This document shows, one piece after another, positions 1-12,328 of a stretch of DNA of 64,000 bases. Every line of letters starts with the position of its first letter. The stretch's first letter is position 1. Source of the stretch: Emiliania huxleyi CCMP1516 (lineage: Eukaryota); assembly GCF_000372725.1 (NCBI RefSeq), contig NW_005202427.1, positions 863,581 through 927,580 on the forward strand, in the 5' to 3' direction. Both the position numbers and the translations under genes were made by a program. The notes below the pieces were generated by a model. The model saw only the letters and a list, made by a program, of their open reading frames with translations. It did no database searches and was not told where the DNA came from.

Positions 1-1345
1 CCGGTCCATCCGGAATTTTGTCGTTTTAGTTAGCACTAGACGGTTTTTGGCCGGCGCCATGTGGCGCCGGGCCCCGCCCTCCAGGGCTTGACGCGTCTGG
101 TGCCAGCGACGCAAACGGCGAGTGTTTTGCGACGGGTACTTGTTCGGTACTTGTAGTGTTAGGAGCAACACGACGCCGATCGTTGAAAGTAGCAACCACT
201 CACACACACACACACGCCTCTAACCAACTGGCTCAGTTGAAGAGGCCGCTCCCACAGCTCTCACACCTATCTCTCTGGTACACAATATTGGAAGCGTTGT
301 GAATTGTAGACCATTGGCCTCCTAAAAATCTCTCTCTCAACTCTCTCTTGGTAAGACTTCGGAGAAGGCAAGCCGTGAAGTTGTCAACCGTCTCGGCGTC
401 GACAACAACTCTCGAACCAGTCGTGCTGCGGGAACGGCCCCTCTGATTGCTCTGACAGGCACGCCTTGCACCTCGCCATGGATCCGCGGCAGAAGCCAAT
501 GCCGCAACGCTTTCAGGAAAGAGAGGAGGAAGACGCATACCAAAACTGCTCCAATCAGTAGCTCCATACGTTGCCTTTCACTGTGTAGGAGTTGTTGCAG
601 CTTCTCGATCTTTGAAGTCTTGTCCTGCAGCAATATTTTCTGCCTCCAAATGTAGTCTAATACGTCATCGCACCTCCGCCATGAGGACGGCCTTGTGCGA
701 GCGCTGTCGTTGAGAACGAAGCGGCCCGAGTGTTCTGTTGCCTTCAAGGCATATTTCCTGAGCTGAGGTAGCTCGTTCCCTTGGTGAGGGCGGTCGTGTT
801 TGTCATGGCCGGGTCGTGCATGTACGTCTGGGCGACGTCCGTCGGACTACGGTCCGCCATCTTTAGCAGGTCTTTGATCGGCTTCAAATCGTCCTCCTTG
901 ACGCCGCTGCCTCGCGACGAATTCTCCGGACCCCGACAAGCCGCCCGACGTTGGGCCTCTGCCCCGCACGCCCCCGCCCCTTCTTTCTGCCCCTCGCTCA
1001 CACCCCGGCCCGACACGCACATACAAGACAAACCCGGCGTCCTGCTCTCAAAAGAAAAAGAAAAATGGGTCGACCCGTCGAACTGGGATTCGAACTGGCG
1101 ACTCGCTCAGACCTCAAGAGGTTGCTCACGAAAATCGGCACAGCGATCCTGCAACTTGCGCTCGCGTGGGTGCCACCGGCGGCAGCGGCTTCGGCGTGCC
1201 CTCAAGAAAGAAAGAAAGCAGTGGACCATGACACGCCGACAATGTCGAGGGTGTCACTGACAAGAGATTGAGAAAGCGAGCACACCGCCAACACACCGCC
1301 GCCCAAGCCGCACCGCCAACACACCGCCGCGCAAGCCGAGACAGC

Positions 1346-4300
1346 ATGCCCTTTGTCCTCTTTCTTGCCCTGCTTGCGTCCGCCACGGCGGCGCCTACCA
1401 CGAAAGGCCGGCGCGCGAACGAACAACCCAAAGTTCGTCTGGTTGTCACCGGCGAGACCAACGTGGCGAGGACCACGCGTGGCGCGCGAGCTTCAAACCG
1501 GGTGGCGCAGATGGCGGCGTGGGGCGGAAACGTCACTATGACAATCCGAGCAGCCCACAACACCTTCACTGTGGTCGAAGTCGCGGACCCCAACGAGGCG
1601 CGATTGTTCAAGGAGCAGGCGGAGCGCTCGGGGCTAAGGGTCGAGGAGGATCAGCGGCGCTACCCAGGACCGAGCAGCACCGCCACGCGGACGCAGCCGC
1701 TAGCCGAGGAAACGCCATGGGGGATCGAGCGTGTGTACAACGGAGCGGTGCCGAACGCCTCCTTCTTCCCGTCGGCGGTGACGCATCCGCTCTGCATCAT
1801 CGACTCTGGCTACCTGCTCACACACCCTGACCTTCCCTCTGACGCCACCGCGGCGGACCCGCTCCAAGCTGACCCAGCCGGCACGATGTACTTCGGCGAC
1901 GACATCTGCAACCACGGCACGCATGTCCTCATCCTCTCCGCCGCCCCTCTCCGCCGCCATCATTCTCTGCCCGCCGTCTCTCCGCCGCCCCCTCGACCCC
2001 ACCCTCCATCACTCCACCACATCCTCTCCCCCGCCCTCCCCCCCGCCCTCCGTCCCACCAGGCACGCATGTCGCGGGCACCATCGCGGCCATCGGTGGCG
2101 ACGGGGAGGGAGTGGTCGGTGTCTTCCCGGGTGCGCCTGGCCTGAAGATAGTGAAGGTGTTTGGCGAGGCCGGCCAGCTCGACGACCCACCTGGGTGGCC
2201 AAACGAGGCGTGCGGCTGGACCTATGCCTCAGAAGTCGTCGATGCGGTTCAGCGATGTGTCGACAGCGGAGCCAAGATCGTCTCGAGTGAGCGTGCCTAG
2301 TTCCGCTACCCGTCTTTGACTCATCTAACCCCTCCCGCCCCCACCCCCCCTCTTCCGCAGTGTCGCTCGGAGGTGGGGGTCCGTCGAGCACTGAGCGTGA
2401 TGCCTTCCAGACATTCTTTGATGACGGCATCCTCAGCATCGCGACCGCCGGCAACGGCGGAAGTAGCAGCTACAGTTACCCGGCGTCCTACTCCTCGGTC
2501 ATGAGCGTCGCCGCCACCGACAGCAGCGACGCGAAGGCGAGCTTCTCGCAGTTCAACGACGACGTCGACATCGCTGCGCCAGGCGTCGACGTCGTCTCGA
2601 CCGTCGGTGCCACCCCTGTGCGAGAAGGCCGCAGCGCCGCCGCTCTCCCACCGCTCTCACGCGATCATTGTCTCCTACCTAGGCCCTCCGAGCGACACTG
2701 GGGTCGGCCCCCCGGCCTATGATTCGTACGATGGGACCTCCATGGCCGGGCCCCAAGTTTTTGGCCTGCCAATGGGGTTTTGGAACAAGTGAGCCCCCCC
2801 CCCCCCCCCCCGCACGCACGCGCGCGCGCACGCACGCACGCGGAGGTCGGACCCGAGCCGCCGCGTCAGACACGCCTCGCGGCCACGCAGGTACCCGTCC
2901 TATACCAACGCCGAGGTCCGCACGGCGCTTGAGGGGGGCGCCGAGGATCTGGGCGAGCCAGGCCGCGACAACCAGTTCGGCCATGGCCTCGCCAACTACC
3001 AGGGAGCCGAGATGAGGTTGGGCGCGCCATCGGCGCCGCCGCCGCCGCCGGCCCCGCCGCCGCCGTCCTTGCCGTCATGCCCGCTCGGCGACGTCTGCGC
3101 CACCGGCCCGTGCTTGATCACCGACGGCGGCTCGTGCGCCACCTCGCCCGACTTCCCGAACGACTACCCGAACCTCGAGGGCTGCACCCTCTACGGCATG
3201 CCGCCGGTCGGGCTGGACGTGATCGCCTTTGACGTGGAGGAGCACTCCAACTGCATCTGGGACTACCTCACCGTCAACGGCGTAAAGTACTGCGGCACCT
3301 CGGGCCCGGCCGGGGTCGTGCCGTCCTCCTCGAAGGCGTCCTCGCTCGTGAGCTGCTCGCCGCTTCTCATGCCCGCCCTCGTGCTCATCCTCCTCGCCAT
3401 CGCCTGCGGCGCCTCCTGGCCGACCGCGGCGAGCGGAAAGGGGGCTCGCGGCGCGGCGTGGGCCACTTGTTTCGCCGCCGCCACGGCGTACCTCTCCGGC
3501 GCGGCGGCGGCACCTGTCGGTTTCTCCGCAAGCGCTTTGCCGTGGCTCGCAGCGGGTCCCCCAGCGGGTCCCCCGAAGGTCGCCGCCGCAGTCGCCGCCT
3601 TGGCCGTCGTCTGCACGGTGACGTGGCGCCGCAACTTAAAGGCTTGGCCACCGTCGCTGGCGGTTTGGGTCACTGTCGCTGGCGGCGCCGCGCTTGTCGC
3701 AGCCTCAACGACCGTGCTCTTCATCACAGCTGCCTTCCTCGTCGCCGCCGTTTGCAGCTGGCGGCTGTTCGGGATGGCTGGCGGCCGAGACGACAAGAGC
3801 AGCTCGAGATCCGCCGCCTCGCTCGAGCCTGCCGAACGTCGTTGCCGCCATCGCACGCCGTCTCAGATTCACCACCAGCAGTTCAATTCGCATAGCTGCT
3901 TGGTCCTGCTTTGCGCCTTTGGTATGCTTGCTCCTTGCGAGGCTCGTCCGTCGCCTCTACGTCGGCTGAAGACGGACGTCACATGCGAGATTGTCCTGCG
4001 CCAGAAGATGAACCCGCCCGGAGGAGCCGCCCTTCCGCCCGAGCCCGCCTGCGTTCCGGTCGGTCGTCGGGGGCCCGTGTACGAGTTCTCGCCATCCCTG
4101 CCCAAGGCCTTCGTTGCGAGCATGGGGGGCGTCCGCCAGCTCGGTGGCAGAATCGTCACTTTTGTCGGTGGCAACGCTAGCGCCAAAAAGTCCGTCCCAA
4201 CGGTCTTCATCCCAGCGAGCGCCACCGTGGTCGCAGACGGACCCGCACGCGGCGTGCAGCGCCTGAGCGCCGCCGCCACGGGCACGAAAAAGGTCTTGGT

Positions 4301-7300
4301 TGCCAGGATGAGGAGCACCACACATGGTCAGGAGCCGACGCCGACGATCAATGACCTAAAGGAGCGCGTCTTCGGCATGGGAATCAGCCCCGTGGCCGTC
4401 AACTTCAAGTCGCAGTCCGCCGCCTGCTCAGAGAATGAGCTCATCATCGAACCAGGTGCGTGTGTTTCCGGGAACACTGCGCCAGGCTGTGCTGAGATCA
4501 GCGACGGTGTGATGAATCTCGACCTCGACATGGACCTCTCGCCAGGCGTGGATCCCAGCGCGGTGGAGTATGCAGCGGTTGTTAAGCTCAACGCCTTAGG
4601 CCTGCGTGATGCCGCAACAGCGGACTATGTCATGTTTCTCTTCCCTCCGGGCATAAGTCCGTGGATCGCGTATGCCTACATCAATGGGTGGTCATCATTT
4701 TACAGTGACACGTGGGGCGGGTCTGTCTCCGCCCACATGCACGAAGTCGGCCACAACTTTGGACTCGCCCACTCCGGCGAGTTTGGCGAGGAGTACGGCG
4801 ACCAGTCTTCGTATATGGGCTACAGCTACTTAAGTATCGGCTGGCCCGCGATGTGCTACCACGGCGGGCAGCACCGCAGCCTCGGGTGGTACAGCACCCA
4901 CACCACCGAGATCGCAGCCTCCGACTTCGTCAGCGGCCAGAACGAGCTCGTCGACCTGTTCGCATTCACCGACGTCCAGGCCCTGTCCGCAGGGGACCCC
5001 GTCATCATCAAATTGGACGTCGCCTCACCCCGGGGCTATGCGCTCTACCTACAGTACAACAAGGCGGAGGACCACAACAGCGGCGTGGTAGAGTCCGCAA
5101 ACCTCATCACCGTCGTCCAGGACGCGCTCAACACCCCGGCGTACCAGCAGTCGTGGAAGGTGGCGTCGCTCGGTGAAGGGGACGACTACGACGACAATCT
5201 GCGCGTCAAGGTGTGCTCGCTCGACGTGGTTGGCAGCGTCGACGTCGTGAGGCTCTCCATTTCTCTCGACTACATTGGCGATCCATGCCCCCCGCCGACT
5301 CTGTCGCCGCCGCCGGCTCCCCCATCGCCGCCGCCAGCGTCGCCACCACCGTCGCCGCCGCCCTCGCCGCCGCCACCGCCCGCGCCTCCGTCGCCGCCAC
5401 CAGCAGCGCAGCTGCTCGACCTTCGCACGGCCACCACGTACCAGGACTCGAGCTGGTTCGACAAGCAGGCGCCCGTGAGCGACCTGTCATACGCCGACAG
5501 CACGACGGGACGGCCGTGGGCCGAGTGCGGCCACTACACAAGCCAATGGTGGGGCGTCGACCTCGGGAGCGAGGTGTATGTGCGCTACGTGCGGCTGCAG
5601 AACCGCAACGACTGCTGCCCGGAGCGGCTGACGGACGTCGACATCTATCTCGGCTCGACGGCGGAGACGTACACGGGCAACGCGCTGGTGAAGTCGGACG
5701 TGAGCGTGTCGTCGAACGTGATGTTGGAGGTGGAGATCAACGCGTTGGGGCGCTACATCTACCTCAACCGGCCGTCTGCGGCGGGGCTGACGGTGTGCAA
5801 GTTCTACGTCTTCGCTTCGCCCGCGCCGCCGTCACAATCATCACCGCCTCCCCCGCCTCCGTCACCACCATCGCCGCCGCCACCGCCTCCCTCGGCATCG
5901 CCCTCGCCGCCGCCGCCACCGCCTCCGAGCGCATCGCCTTCACAAGCGCCGCCGAGCGCATCACCGTCACCGCCGCCACCATCGCCGCCGCCGCCGCCCG
6001 CGCCTCCGTCGCCGCCACCAGCAGCGCAGCTGCTCGACCTTCGCACGGCCACCACGTACCAGGACTCGAGCTGGTTCGACAAGCAGGCGCCCGTGAGCGA
6101 TCTTTCATATGCCGACAGCACGACGGGACGGCCGTGGGCCGAGTGCGGCCACTACACAAGCCACACGTGGGGCGTCGACCTCGGGAGCGAGGTGTATGTG
6201 CGCTACGTGCGGCTGCAGAACCGCAACGACTGCTGCCCGGAGCGGCTGACGGACGTCGACATCTATCTCGGCTCGACGGCGGGGACGTACGCGGGCAACG
6301 CGCTGGTGAAGTCGGACGTGAGCGTGTCGTCGAACGTGATGTTGGAGGTGGAGATCAACGCGTTGGGGCGCTACATCTACCTCAACCGGCCGTCTGCGGC
6401 GGGGCTGACGGTGTGCAAGTTCTACGTCTTCGCTTCGCCCGCGACGCCGCCGTCACCATCACCGCCTCCACCGCCGCCGCCTCCCTCCGCCTCGCCCTCG
6501 CCGCCGCCTCCCTCGGCATCACCATCGCCGCCGCCTCCCTCAGCATCGCCGTCGCCCCCGCCGCCGTCCGTCTCGCCGTCGCCGCCGCCGCCGTCCGCCT
6601 CACCATCGCCGCCGCCGCCCTCAGCATCGCCGTCGCCCCCGCCGCCCTCAGCATCACCGTCACCCCCGCCGCCATCCGTGTCGCCGTCGCCGCCGCCTCC
6701 CTCGGCATCGCCCCCGCCGCCGTCCGCCTCGCCCTCGCCGCCGCCTCCCTCCGCCTCACCATCTCCGCCGCCTCCCTCCGCCTCACCGTCACCACCGCCT
6801 CCCTCAGCATCGCCCTCGCCGCCGCCTCCCTCCGCGTCGCCGTCGCCGCCGCCTCCCTCCACCTCGCCGTCGCCGCCGCCTCCGTCCGCCTCGCCCTCGC
6901 CGCCGCCTCCGTCCGCCTCGCCGTCTCCGCCGCCTCCCTCCGCCTCGCCGTCGCCGCCGCCTCCCTCCGCGTCGCCGTCGCCGCCGCCTCCGTCCGCCTC
7001 GCCGTCGCCGCCGCCTCCCTCCGCACCGCCGTCGCCGCCGCCTCCCTCCGACTCGCCGTCGCCGCCGCCTCCGTCCGCCTCGCCGTCGCCGCCGCCTCCG
7101 TCCGCCTCACCCTCGCCCCCGCCGCCCTCAGCGTCGCCGTCGCCCCCGCCGCCCTCAGCATCGCCGTCACCCCCGCCGGCATCCGTGTCGCCGTCGCCGC
7201 CGCCTCCCTCGGCATCGCCCTCGCCCCCGCCGCCGACCTCGCCACCGCCTCCCACGCTGCCGCCTCCCGCCCCTCCTCCATCCCCGCCTCCACCCACGCC

Positions 7301-7640
7301 GCCGCCCTCACCGCCGCCCTCACCACCACCACCCTCGCCACCACCGCCCTCACCGCCGACCTCGCCACCGCCTCCCACGCCGCCGCCACCCTCACCGCCA
7401 CAACCCTCCCCTCCTCCACCCACGCCGCCGTCGCCCTCTCCGCCGCCGGTCTCTCCGCCCCCATCCTCGCCGCCACCGCCATGCGATCAGATGTGTCACT
7501 TTGCAGGAGCGGCCAAGGCGTTGCCCTGCTCGATTTTTGCCGAGTTGCCGTGTCCGCTTCTCGCAGACCGCGGTTGTTCTCAATGTACCGGGTGCTGTGG
7601 CCTGTCGCAGTGCATGTCGACAAACTCATCGGACTTTTGA
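1346..7640 (+). CDS. Secreted mosaic protease: signal peptide, S8 subtilisin-like domain, CUB-like domain, hydrophobic segments, M11 (gametolysin-like) metalloprotease, two F-type-lectin/F5-8C-like domains, Ser-Pro extensin-like stalk, Cys-rich tail
   Basis: ATG 1346 MPFVLFLALLASATA. S8 triad motifs IIDSG, NHGTHVAGTI (after splicing 1917-2061) and GTSMA. Further introns at 2287-2360, ~2608-2682 and 2789-2890. The last exon (YPSYTNAEVR...GHGL) is in frame with ORF 3012-7640, which has CUB-like SPDFPNDY...WDYLTVNG..YCG, metzincin HEVGHNFGLAH with EYGDQSSYMG, and two WGVDLG...QNRNDCCPERL domains. Confidence 0.88.
5370..6442 (+). repeat. Near-identical internal duplication of the lectin-like domain (~5370-5822 and ~5990-6442)
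   Basis: The two copies differ by only a handful of bases; the peptide AAQLLDLRTATTYQDSSW...CKFYVFASPA is repeated. Confidence 0.95.
6445..7480 (+). repeat. Coding ~27-bp tandem repeat (SASPSPPPP)n
   Basis: Repeating CCTCCCTCCGCCTCGCCGTCGCCGCCG-type units within ORF 3012-7640. Confidence 0.95.
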
Positions 7641-7921
7641 GCTTCCCGCGCCGGTGCCAGCCGCCATTGGCTGGCGAATTCTACGTTTACGGATACGTGT
7701 GAATGGAGAATGGAAATTGGAACCGTGGCCATGACAGACCGGCGGCGCGTACGTGAATGTGCATGGTATGCATGTTGCATGTAGTGTGCAGAGCTGAACT
7801 CGTCGAGACGTGGACGATGTGGAATGTGAGTAGCGTTGACGCCTGTGGCGCAGAAAAAGTAATATATCTTTATGCAGTTGGCGACGGTATATCATTTGGG
7901 CGACGTGGCATAGTGTGGTAA

Positions 7922-8775
7922 CCTCCCTCCGCCTCACCGTCACCACCGCCTCCCTCAGCATCGCCCTCGCCGCCGCCTCCCTCCACCTCGCCCTCGCCGC
8001 CGCCTCCCTCCACCTCGCCGTCGCCGCCGCCTCCGTCCGCCTCGCCCTCGCCGCCGCCTCCGTCCGCCTCGCCGTCTCCGCCGCCTCCCTCCGCCTCGCC
8101 GTCGCCGCCGCCTCCCTCCGCGTCGCCGTCGCCGCCGCCTCCCTCCGCACCGCCGTCGCCGCCGCCTCCCTCCGACTCGCCGTCGCCTCCGCCTCCCTCC
8201 GCCTCACCGTCACCACCGCCTCCCTCAGCATCGCCCTCGCCACCGCCTCCCTCGGCATCGCCCTCGCCGCCGCCGCCACCGCCTCCGAGCGCATCGCCTT
8301 CACCGCCGCCGCCGAGCGCATCGCCGTCACCACCGCCGCCGAGCGCATCACCGTCACCGCCGCCGCGATCGCTGCCGACCTTCTGGCAGACCATCGCCCA
8401 CCACATGGCCCTGCCTGCCGACCATGAGTCGTTCCGGCGCAATGGCGTCTACACCTTCCGACTGACCTATGGCGGCGGCACGATGCCGGCGGCCAGCAAC
8501 CCCGACTGGCTCACGTCGACCTGGACGCAGACCAACTGGGTCACGGAGGGCTCGCCGGGCACGCTGACCTGCCTCGACGCAGGATGCACAAAGTGGAATG
8601 CCGGAGCCGGTCAGTCCACATTCAAGGGGCTCGCAAAGAGCGACACCAGCAACACAGTGCTCGACGGCAATGGCCTGGAAGGCGGCTGGTACAACACGGT
8701 GGGCGGCCTTGTCACGTTCAACGGAGGGATGCCGGTCAATCACGGATGGGTCGCCGACACCATGACCTTGTCGAG
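7922..8775 (+). pseudogene. Start-less fragment: copy of the (SASPSPPPP)n stalk followed in frame by a fibrinogen/intelectin-like globular domain
   Basis: The frame opens right after TAA 7919-7921 with Pro repeats matching the upstream gene, then YTFRLTY..WTQTNW..FKGLAKS..TVLDG..GWYNTVGG..GGMP. No ATG or clear acceptor precedes it. Confidence 0.5.
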
Positions 8776-9933
8776 CAGCCCGCCGACGCGGGAACCGCGC
8801 AAGAACTGGAGCTGGTCCTCGAGCGCCGCGAACGCGCCCTGCAGCGCGGCGGCGGCCTCGCACGCCTCGTCGGCGCGGGCGTCTGCCTCGCTCGCGCGCC
8901 GCCTCTCCTCGTCCACCATCGAGTCGGCGTACGCCTGGATCTCCTTCCGGTGTCGCCCGAGCCGTAGCCTGTTTTCGGTCTCCGCAACCCGCGCCGCCGC
9001 CGCCGCCTCCCTGCGCACCTTTGCGACCTCGCGCTCGCGCGCGGCCTCCTGCTCGGCGCGGAGCTCGTCCGCCGCGTTCTCGGCCCGCTCGCGCTCGGCC
9101 GCGACTGCCTGCTGCACGGCCGCCGCAGCGGCCGCCGCCGCGCGGCGCTCACGGTGGCCGAGGTCCGTGACGGCGCGCGAGAGGAGGCCGCGCTGGTAGT
9201 CGATCTCGCGCTGCTGCCGCGCCGCGAGCCGCCGCAGCCTGACGACCTCTGACGGCGGCGGCGGGCGCCTCCCGCGCACCGCCGCGGCGATGAGCCCGAG
9301 CGCGTCCATGTCGAGGAGACGCACGGCGCTCGAGGCGCCGAGCCGCTCGTGCGCGCCCATCGCAAAGGCGAGGACCTTGAGGTCGGCGGGGATCTCTGCT
9401 GCTGCGGCGGCCGCGGCGCCGCCGCCGCCGCCGCCCGCGTCGGCCGCGGTCGAGGTGATCTTGGGGAAGACGAAGCGCGTCGCCGACTCGATCTCGAGCG
9501 TGCGCATCGCCCGCTCGGCCTCGGCTGGGTGTTGCCGCCGCGCTGGCGCGCTATGCGGAGGCGCGAGCACACCAACTCGCGGCGCTTGTTGTAGTCCTTG
9601 ACGGTGCGCTCGCACTTCTGCCAGAGCGACCTCACCGCGAAGCTGGCGGACATGGGCAAGGACACCGGCCCGCTCGCGCTCGCCGCCGCGCAGGTGGCCA
9701 CCCAGCGGGCAAAGATCAAGGCCTTGTTGTGTAGAGCCCGTCCGTCGCCTTCGCCATCTTAGTGGCCAAGTTGAGGAGGTAGGCGACGTGCGAGAGGGTG
9801 AGGCCGCCCACGGGGCAAGCCACGGCCAGCGCCACGGCGCTCGGCTCTTCCTGGGTCGCCACTGAGGCCAAGGCAGCAGCCACATCCTGGGAGGAAAAGT
9901 GCGCCACCGACGCGCACTTCTCGTGCGGGTCAT
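8740..9933 (-). pseudogene. Hypothetical coiled-coil protein, probably frameshifted or truncated
   Basis: LAFAMGAHERLGASSAVRLLDMDALGLI motif followed by an E/A/R-rich coiled coil. Upstream protein-like text switches frame near 9720 and 9530. Confidence 0.4.
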
Positions 9934-10450
9934 TCTCGGAGTTGTCGGGGGCGTGCGAAGCTACCGCCTGCGAACGGCCGGTTGGCAGACGTCATGGCCG
10001 GGACCAAGAGGTGCCTCGGGCCAGTTGGGGGGGCAAACCCAGCCCGCCCCCTAGAACCCCGGGTAAGGCCCAGGTGTGGCCTAGGGCATCAGAAGGGACC
10101 AAGAGGAGTCCAGTCTGAGCCATAGAGCCCATGTCTTTGCCCCCGAAGAGGTCGCGTTCAAATGCCCGGAACGGCCGTCTCAGTGGTGTCCGGCCGGCGC
10201 GATCACCGAGCTGTGACGCTCAGGGAAGCCCGATGAGGTGCTGGTTTCTTTGCCCAGGCCTGGCCTACGACCCATGCTGGATCAGCTGAGCAAGGTTTGG
10301 GGAGAATCCTATATTGGGATCTTCAGATATTTTATGACGGATGACCGAAAATGGGCAAAAACGGGGTTATTTTGGTGCACAGCTTCTCGCAACTCCACAA
10401 CGCCACTTTGGGACATCGTCATCGACGACACACCCCCTCTCGAATATTTC

Positions 10451-12276
10451 TCAGTACTCCGATTTATTCGTTGTGCGTGCTGCGTGGCGCGCGCCACAGA
10501 GCACGCGCCTGCCTGCTGCTGCGCGGCGTGCGTCGCCAAAGTCCGTGTACGCGGCCGAGTCGTGCTCGATGCCGAAGCCGAGCTCCTGCCTCATGCGGCG
10601 TGGGGCGCCGGGCGGCCCCGCCTTGAGGAGCAGCGCGGGCTGCGTCCGGTACATTCGCTGCAGGATGAGCATCTTGTGGTGCACGTCGAACGTGTCCGAC
10701 TCGAGGTCGGCGCAGTCCTAATGAGGCGACGACGGCCTAGAGTCGGGGGTGAGTCAAGAGTGTCCGACTCTCGGTCAGCGCGGGCCTCGAAGAGGAGCTG
10801 CCGCTCTCCGGCCGAGAGGAGGACGCGGTGCCGCCGCACCGTCTGGCGCATCGCGTGCAGCGAGATGACGAGCAGGCCGAGGTCGACCTCGGACAGCACC
10901 TGTGATCGACCGATTGGCTCGGCGAGTGAGTAGGCGAGAGGAGCAGGCCAAAGTCGAGACTCGGAGAGCACCTCTGCGCCGGCGGCGAGCGAGCGGAGGA
11001 GGAGCCGCTCCGTATCGCGCAGCACGAGCCGCACCTAGCGCAGCGAGTCGAGCGATCCACAGGGATGGGACTGAGGGGCAGCGGCTCCGTGCCGCGAGGG
11101 AGGAGGCAGCGCCTGCTTGAGCAGAGAGGCGCGAGAGCGGCGGCGCGAGCGCAGCTGCCGCACGACAGAGCGCAGCGTTGTCACTGCGACCTATGTGTCA
11201 TGTCATTGGATTTGGGTACCGGGTTGGTGAGGTACTGCGCCGCGCACCGTCGTGACTGCGACCGCGAGGGCTACGGCGCCCGGCAGCATCGCCGACATCG
11301 TCGCGGTGAGCGAGTTTTGTGCCATGAGGGTGTCCATCGCGCCCATCTGCACGAGCAATCACCCGAGGCTTACCCGAGATTCCCCGAGATCGCCGCGAGA
11401 TCACCCGAGATTGCCCGAGAGCCCCTACCCTCGCGCCCACCACCTGCACGAGCAGCTCGCGCCGCATGTACTGCGTCTGGATGAGCAGCAGCTGCAGCAG
11501 CGGCCCGCGTGCCATCGAGTAGACGGGCGACTGCATCTGCTGCTCGAAGAGGAGCGACATCGCCTCGAGCTCCGCGGCCTCCGCCTCGTCGGGAGGCATC
11601 CTAAGTCAGAAGGTTCCTAGAAGGTTCCTAGAAGGTTCCTGAGTGAGAAGGGGAGCGAGCTCACCACTGAGGGGCTCCTCCGCCTCGTGCGCGAGTCTCG
11701 GGGCTCGCGGAGTCTCGGGCACTCTCGGGCACTCTCGCGGAATCTCGGGGAATCTCGGGGAATCTCGGGGAATCTGGTGCGGGAGGGCGCCCGTCCGTGA
11801 AGACGGGCGTCGCGCCGTACCCGCTCGCCCACCTGACCACCTCACCCGGAGTGGTCAACGCATTCAAGGCGGGGCGTCCGCGCCGTGCCCGCCCGCCCAC
11901 CGGCGAGGCATGGTGGTTGCCATGTCGACGGCTCCCACCGCACTCTCGCCCAGCGCGCCCACCGCGCCAACCGCAGACACCGCGCTCTCGCCGAGCGCGC
12001 CGACCGCGCCGCCGACGACTCCGACAGCCGACGAGAGGCTCTCGAGGTAGCCGCCCCCCTCGCCCCCTTCGCCGCCCTCCCCTCCGCCCCTTCCTCCGCC
12101 CCCTCCGCCGCCCTCGCCGCCGCCCTCGCCGCCGCCCTCGCCGCCCCCCTCCTCGCCGCCGCCCCCGAGGCGCAACGCGCGCGGCGCGTCGCCGCCTCCG
12201 CCGTCGAACAGGGGGCGGGGCAACCCTCCTCCTCCTCCTCCGCCTCCGCCTCCTCCGCCGCCGCCCACGCCCGCGC

Positions 12277-12328
<52 letters not shown>

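Noticed and set aside
337..1031. Minus-strand ORFs with a short coiled coil and hydrophobic stretch
   Set aside because: No recognisable motif and split across frames, so a product call cannot be supported.
2745..2812. Atypical residues after the S8 catalytic Ser (MAGPQVFGLPMGF)
   Set aside because: Adjacent to a long poly-C run and likely base-call error; the catalytic Ser is intact.
5213..7702. Long alternative-frame and antisense ORFs (829 aa, 415 aa, 333 aa)
   Set aside because: Shadows of the GC-rich Pro-repeat coding frame, with low-complexity Ala/Arg/Gly translations.
9990..10440. Lower-GC segment that looks like a transposon end
   Set aside because: No matching second end, TIR or TSD found in the window.
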